Positions 7,446 to 12,004 of a DNA stretch of 12,004 nt are shown here, one piece after another. This DNA comes from a candidate division WOR-3 bacterium. Lineage in GTDB: Bacteria; Hydrothermota; Tepidihabitantia; Tepidihabitantales; JAOUPE01. The stretch spans positions 1 through 12,004 of the forward strand of contig JBDRUX010000077.1 in the NCBI GenBank assembly GCA_039801565.1, in the 5' to 3' direction. Both the position numbers and the translations under genes were made by a program. How positions within the stretch are numbered: the first letter of the stretch is position 1; each line of letters opens with the position of its first letter. Below the pieces are notes generated by a model. It was not told the origin of the DNA. It worked only from the letters and a program-made list of their open reading frames with translations, and searched no databases.

Positions 7446-9728
7446 CTATTCACCTCTTAACTTCAGAGGCAGACTTGCCTTTAAGCCTTGCAAAATTTGG
7501 TCAAATATTTGATTTGCTTCGGTATCAGAAAGAGTTCGGTCCGACGCCCGTAGAACCAGTCGAACTCCCAAATTTTTTGTGGTTGGTTCTAATGAACCGC
7601 CGGTAAAACAATCGAATATTTCAACCTTTTCCAACAACTCACCACCCAATTGTTGAATCAATGTCTTGATATTTTGGGCTGGGATGGTTTTAGCAACAAC
7701 GAAAGCGAAATCGCGAACTACGCCGGGAAATTTCGGCAGGGGTCGAAAGTATTTATCTTGGGTCCCCAACTGCCAGATTGGTTCCAATGCAATCTCAAAG
7801 CCATACAATGTTGTCTCCAATTCGTACCGCGCAAGGACATTTTTGGCAAGACTGCCTAAAAATCCGATTTCGGTATTATTAATTTTTATCGTTGTGGCAT
7901 CTTGCATTTGCAAAAAACTCTGATTGGTACTAATATATTGAACTTCCTTTAATTGAAATTCCGCAAAAAGTGTTTCCAGCAAAGCCTTTAAGTCAAAATA
8001 ATTCGCCAACTCCGTTTTGCCTGACCAATGGTTCGGTTGCCGATTGCCAGTGATTACACCAGCCAAGCTGAGAGCCTCGCGCATTTCTTGGTCAAAAGTG
8101 AAAACCTTGCCGATTTCAAAAAGTCTTAGGTCTTTATTACCTTTCCGAATATTCCAATTGACAATCTCTAAGATTGTTGGCAGGATACAAGGCCGGAGGA
8201 CCGAGAATCTTTCGTTCAAGGGATTAGGGATTTTGATTAAATTCCCTGAATAAAACAAGCGAGCTGATGCCTCATCGGTAAAACTGACTGTGTAGACTTC
8301 ACTAAATCCATAACCGACTAAAATGTTTCGAATCTTATTGAGGTTTTGGGAAATTGGATTTTTTTGACCCGGCTCAGTCCCCTTCAATTCGAATCGGCTC
8401 GGAATCGCTTGATAACCATAGATTCGTCCAATCTCTTCAATTAAATCTGCATCCCTTTGCACATCCGGTCGCCAAGATGGAATTTGAACTTGCCAATAGG
8501 TTTTATGCTCTTTTAATTTGAAGCCCAAAGCAACCAGGATTTTTTTAATTCGGGGTTTATTCAATTTCACTCCTAATAATTCATTTACCCGTTTCGGATA
8601 AAGTTTAGTATACTTCGCTTGCCCTGATGTCCGAAATTCAATTTTGCCTTGACAAAGACTACCTTGTGCTAAATCGCTGATCATACCAGCTGCTTCGTAT
8701 GAGGCAATTTCTAAATTTTCTGAGTCAATGCCCATCTCAAACCGTTTCGAGGCTTCAGTGGTTAATTTTAAAAATTGTGAACCGCGCCGGATAACCACTG
8801 GATTGAACCGGGCGCATTCTAATAAGACATTTTTCGTGGTAATTGAAATTTCGGTATCAATCCCGCCCATTATTCCAGCAACCGCGACGCTCCGATTCGC
8901 ATCAGCAATCATTAACACCGCTTCGGCTAAGTTGCGTTCCACACCGTCAATAGTTTTAATCTTTTCATTCTTCTGGGCACGCCGGACGATTATCTTTTTA
9001 CCTATCAATTTATCAAAGTCAAAGGTATGAAGTGGTTGGCCGTATTTGAAGAGAATATAGTTAGAGACATCAACAACATTGTTCACGGGTCGTAAACCAC
9101 AAGCATAAATTCGCCATTGTAACCAGAACGGTGAAGGTGCAACCTTAACCCCTTTGATCAATCGGGCAATATAGTCTGGACACCCTTCTTTATCAATCAC
9201 TTCTAACTGGAAGTTGCCTTCAATCGGCTCTTTGTCTTCTTTAAATTTTAGTTTGGTTAACTGCAACTCTTTATCTTCATAACAAGCCAACTCACGGGCA
9301 ATACCAATCACGCCCATTAAATCGCCACGATTGGGGGTAATTTCAAAATCCAAGACATAATCATCTAAATATAACGATGGCTTTTCGCCTTTAATTGCTT
9401 CATTGGGCAAAACAATTGGTTCGTTGCCTTCAAGGCCAACTTCAATTTTTGTTACTAATTGTTCAGTTTTAGGGTCAAAGACTACTTTATCGCCAAGTTT
9501 AAGACCATAACTCGGATAGTTTATTGAAAAACTACTCGTATCAGTAGCAATTGCGATTTGGTTTGGATTTAATTCAATCACTTCTGCCACCAAGGTATTT
9601 TCGAATCTTTCGCCAATTCGAAAAAGACTTTCAATACTAAGTCCGTGGCTAACAAAAAGGTCAGCCAACTCTTGTGGTGTTTTCTTGGTAGCAACCAATT
9701 CTTTAAGCCAATTAACTGGTACACGCAT
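7446..9728 (-). CDS. pheT: Phenylalanine--tRNA ligase beta subunit
   Basis: MRVPVNWLKE start, FEITPNRGD, RPVNNVVDVSNY, GQPLHTFD, PSWRPDVQRDADLIEEIGRIYGY, LFEIGKVF and KFPGVVRDFAF (FDX-ACB domain). The start was moved from TTG 9746 to ATG 9728. Confidence 0.97.
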   Translation of the reverse strand: MRVPVNWLKELVATKKTPQELADLFVSHGLSIESLFRIGERFENTLVAEVIELNPNQIAIATDTSSFSINYPSYGLKLGDKVVFDPKTEQLVTKIEVGLEGNEPIVLPNEAIKGEKPSLYLDDYVLDFEITPNRGDLMGVIGIARELACYEDKELQLTKLKFKEDKEPIEGNFQLEVIDKEGCPDYIARLIKGVKVAPSPFWLQWRIYACGLRPVNNVVDVSNYILFKYGQPLHTFDFDKLIGKKIIVRRAQKNEKIKTIDGVERNLAEAVLMIADANRSVAVAGIMGGIDTEISITTKNVLLECARFNPVVIRRGSQFLKLTTEASKRFEMGIDSENLEIASYEAAGMISDLAQGSLCQGKIEFRTSGQAKYTKLYPKRVNELLGVKLNKPRIKKILVALGFKLKEHKTYWQVQIPSWRPDVQRDADLIEEIGRIYGYQAIPSRFELKGTEPGQKNPISQNLNKIRNILVGYGFSEVYTVSFTDEASARLFYSGNLIKIPNPLNERFSVLRPCILPTILEIVNWNIRKGNKDLRLFEIGKVFTFDQEMREALSLAGVITGNRQPNHWSGKTELANYFDLKALLETLFAEFQLKEVQYISTNQSFLQMQDATTIKINNTEIGFLGSLAKNVLARYELETTLYGFEIALEPIWQLGTQDKYFRPLPKFPGVVRDFAFVVAKTIPAQNIKTLIQQLGGELLEKVEIFDCFTGGSLEPTTKNLGVRLVLRASDRTLSDTEANQIFDQILQGLKASLPLKLRGE

Positions 9729-9735
9729 CGCTAAA

Positions 9736-9763
9736 AGATTAACCAATTTTTCTTAATTGTCAA
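9736..9763 (-). promoter_or_regulatory. sigma70-type promoter for pheT, probably leaderless
   Basis: Minus strand: TTGACA (9763-9758), 16 bp, TAATCT (9741-9736), 7 nt, ATG (9728). No SD. Confidence 0.72.
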
Positions 9764-9791
9764 TGAGATTAAAGAATCGCCTGACCAATAA

Positions 9792-9838
9792 ATAACTATT
9801 GACAAATTTTATAGTTATCTTATCATTCTAATTGGAGG
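9792..9838 (+). promoter_or_regulatory. Divergent sigma70-type promoter with overlapping inverted repeat and RBS
   Basis: TTGACA (9799-9804), 16 bp, TATCAT (9821-9826), GGAGG (9834-9838). Inverted repeat ATAACTAT (9792-9799) / ATAGTTAT (9811-9818). Confidence 0.7.
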
Positions 9839-9842
9839 CATT

Positions 9843-10866
9843 ATGAAGAAAGTGAAGATTCTGCCCTTTGTCTGCCTTCTTGCCTTTACTTATGCCAATC
9901 CATTTATTGAAACTCTGATAAGCGAATTCCAAACCGCCCCGGATTCTTTAGAACGAATTGAACTTCATGCGCTACCATTTCCTTATCCGGTTAACCTTGG
10001 TGGCTGGACAATAACCACCAATGCTGGCACTGCAACAATCAATCCTGGTACGATACTTCCTTATGATGGTTATGTAACGATTGACCGAACCAATACCACT
10101 GGTATCTTCAGTTTGAATGATACCTTAGATACAATCAATCTATATGATAACCGAGGGTTCTGGGTAGATGGGGTCACTTGGCCCTCATTACCCGCAGGCT
10201 GGAGAAATGCCCCTACCCCGCCTTATGGTGGCAGTAGTGCCATTTATCGCTCTAACACCTATTGGATTGAGACCAATTGGTATATTGATTCTACTCCAAC
10301 CTTTGACGGACCCAATGATGATTGGAGTTCAATCTCCGGCCGGATATTAAACCGAAGTGGTCAACCGATTTTCAATGCTTATGTCCGTGCCTATGGACCA
10401 ACTGGCGGTTGTGATGCGGAAAGCGATAGTTTGGGTAACTATACGGTCGCTGGCTTAGGTGAAGGCAAATATCGAGTCACTGCTGAGTATTACAACTACT
10501 TGGTCAGTTTATCCGGAATCGGTCTACGTTGGCTATAGTCAGCATATTACCGGTATTAATATAATTCTACCATTCGGTGGGATTACTGAGACCAAAGAAC
10601 TTATTACTAATAATATCTCATTCTCTTTTCCTAATCCAATTACGAACGATGCCAAAATCTCATTCAATTTACCTAAAATGGCAAAAGTTAGTATCAAAGT
10701 CTATAATGCCCAAGGCAACCTAACTAAAACTCTTTGCCATCAAAAATTGAATAAAGGCAGCCACCAAATTGCATTAAATCTCAATACTTCTGGTATCTAT
10801 TTCTTAATCGCTGACATCGAAGAACAGAGGGCAATAACGAAGAAATTGGTTTATCTTAAACCATAA
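9843..10866 (+). pseudogene. Frameshifted secreted protein: signal peptide, lamin-tail-like domain, carboxypeptidase-regulatory-like domain and T9SS type-A-like CTD
   Basis: ORF 9843-10538 has a signal peptide, ISEF...IELH...NLGGWTI...FSLND..DTINLYD, and SISGRILN..GQPI.NAYV...DSLGNYTVAGLGEGKYRVTAE. ORF 10459-10866 continues YPESVYV...GINIIL and ends FPNP...ISFNLP...VSIKVYNAQGNLTKTL...SGIYFL...TKKLVYLK. A +1 shift near 10495-10512 joins them. This could be a sequencing error. Confidence 0.78.
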
Positions 10867-10877
10867 CCGAAGCTAAG

Positions 10878-11438
10878 GTGTTAATTAGATTATTATTTAC
10901 TGGTATAGTAACTTTTTTTATTTTTTCTGGTTGCAGACCGAAAGAATTTTATCCGATAAGATTTATTAGTGAAGAAATAAAGATTGCAATTGATTCATTT
11001 CAGGCAACCGTTGTCGGCACTTATCACTTTAAGAATCTTACCAATCAATCAAAAACCGCCAAGATATTCTATCCCTTTCCAATTGACGAATTTCATTATT
11101 ATCCGGATTTAATCTTAATCGCGGGGCTCGATTATACCAAAAGCGACACCGGCATCACATTTCTAATGGAATTTAAGCCAATGGCAACCGAATCACTGTC
11201 AATCCTTTACCGGCAGGGACTAAAAGATAAGCAATTTCGTTATATCCTTTTGACTACTAAACATTGGCAAAAACCAATTAAAGAAGCAAAGTTCATAATA
11301 AGTTTACCCGAAGAGTTTAGATTGACTCAATTATCTTATAAACCCGATAGTCTTAACCAGCAAGACCGACGGCAATATTATTATATAACTAAGAAAAACT
11401 TTATGCCTCCAAAAGACCTAATTATCACCTGGCAATAA
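10878..11438 (+). CDS. Putative lipoprotein, DUF4424-like
   Basis: Hydrophobic N-terminus with lipobox FSGC. IRFISEEIKI...YHFKNLT...FP and YILLTTKHWQKPI resemble DUF4424-type proteins (recognised by eye, not searched). Confidence 0.65.
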   Translation: MLIRLLFTGIVTFFIFSGCRPKEFYPIRFISEEIKIAIDSFQATVVGTYHFKNLTNQSKTAKIFYPFPIDEFHYYPDLILIAGLDYTKSDTGITFLMEFKPMATESLSILYRQGLKDKQFRYILLTTKHWQKPIKEAKFIISLPEEFRLTQLSYKPDSLNQQDRRQYYYITKKNFMPPKDLIITWQ

Positions 11439-11577
11439 ACATTGTAGCTAAAATGGATTTGCTTGGTTTAAAAATATGGCTTGAGTTCTAATTAGTGCTT
11501 GCCAATTCAACGAACAATCTTTCAAATTATCTTGAAGCCACCTGCCTATGAGTCAGGACAAGTTTTGTGCCCGAAAA

Positions 11578-11595
11578 GTTGAAATATATTTCAAC
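11578..11595. promoter_or_regulatory. Perfect 18-bp palindrome, candidate protein-binding site
   Basis: GTTGAAATATATTTCAAC equals its own reverse complement and is intergenic. Confidence 0.5.
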
Positions 11596-11672
11596 CTAAA
11601 AATGACCGATTTTTTCGTCTATCATGTTGGTCGTCCGTCGGTTACGCCAATTTTCCATTTGGGAGGGGGTAT

Positions 11673-11888
11673 CGTATAGGGGGTGACCCCGTAGGCTACC
11701 CCCTAAGTTGCCCCATAAGTAGCTTCGGGAGTTACCTCGGGAGTTGCTTCGGGAGTTGGTTAGGAGGCAGATTCGGGAGCGGGTTCGGGGGCGACTTCGG
11801 AAGCGACTCGGTAGGCTACTGGGGAAGCAACCTGGGGAGCTGGTTAGGGGGCTACTCCGTAGGTCACCTGGGGAGCAACTTCCGATAC
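11673..11888. repeat. Tandem array of about 18 degenerate 12-bp units, consensus NRCYYSGKRRGY
   Basis: Units in strict register from 11673: cgtatagggggt gaccccgtaggc taccccctaagt tgccccataagt agcttcgggagt tacctcgggagt tgcttcgggagt tggttaggaggc agattcgggagc gggttcgggggc gacttcggaagc gactcggtaggc tactggggaagc aacctggggagc tggttagggggc tactccgtaggt cacctggggagc aacttccgatac. Confidence 0.92.
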
Positions 11889-11923
11889 CACCTCATTAGA
11901 GCTATAATCAAATTTTGTGGAAA

Positions 11924-11991
11924 TTGTAAAATTATGAATTTTTGGTATAATAAAAAGCTGGTGCCAACAAAAACAGCACCAGCAGAAAGGA
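11924..11991 (+). promoter_or_regulatory. Promoter, 5' hairpin and RBS for the next gene
   Basis: TTGTAA (11924-11929), 16 bp, TATAAT (11946-11951) with an extended -10 TG. Hairpin GCTGGTGC-N11-GCACCAGC (11957-11983). AGAAAGGA (11984-11991). Confidence 0.72.
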
Positions 11992-11997
11992 TCAACA

Positions 11998-12004
11998 ATG
12001 AAAG
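11998..12004 (+). CDS. Start (MK...) of an unidentified gene running off the window
   Basis: ATG AAA lies 6 nt after AGAAAGGA, downstream of a good promoter. Only two full codons are visible. Confidence 0.55.

Noticed and set aside
1582..9030. Numerous + strand ORFs of 60-128 aa in the track
   Set aside because: They are antisense shadows of well-conserved minus-strand genes, with no recognisable motifs.
10168..10350. 60-aa + strand ORF
   Set aside because: It is an alternative frame nested inside the 9843 gene.
10913..10926. T7-A-T6 tract in the lipoprotein signal peptide as a phase-variation switch
   Set aside because: The runs are short, in frame, and expected from Phe/Ile codons in AT-rich DNA.
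11673..11888. CRISPR array or DGR template/variable repeat
   Set aside because: There are no unique spacers, the units are too short and degenerate, no cas or reverse transcriptase gene is in the window, and there is no TR/VR pair with adenine-specific differences.
11685..11888. Minus-strand TPEA/APEV-type repeat protein
   Set aside because: That frame has three stops (TAA, TAA, TAG) within the array.
11903..11908. Second TATAAT next to the array
   Set aside because: Only a poor -35 candidate (TTCCGA) is present, and the downstream promoter is much better supported.

Overview
AT-rich bacterial DNA. Two secreted proteins with T9SS type-A-like C-terminal domains suggest an FCB-related lineage such as candidate division WOR-3 (inference only). 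The core is a minus-strand housekeeping cluster: pheT (no adjacent pheS), a zapB-like gene, zapA, 6S RNA, rny, a ymdB-like metallophosphoesterase, an hsp20 gene and lon. On the left is an 8-blade Cys-rich YVTN-type beta-propeller gene that runs off the window and is missing from the ORF track. On the right are a frameshifted secreted protein and a DUF4424-like lipoprotein. The most unusual element is at the right end: a perfect 18-bp palindrome, then an indel-free array of about 18 degenerate, internally palindromic 12-bp units, then a promoter, hairpin and RBS for a gene starting at the window edge. Four sigma70-type promoter candidates share a 16-bp spacer, and two are positioned to give leaderless mRNAs.
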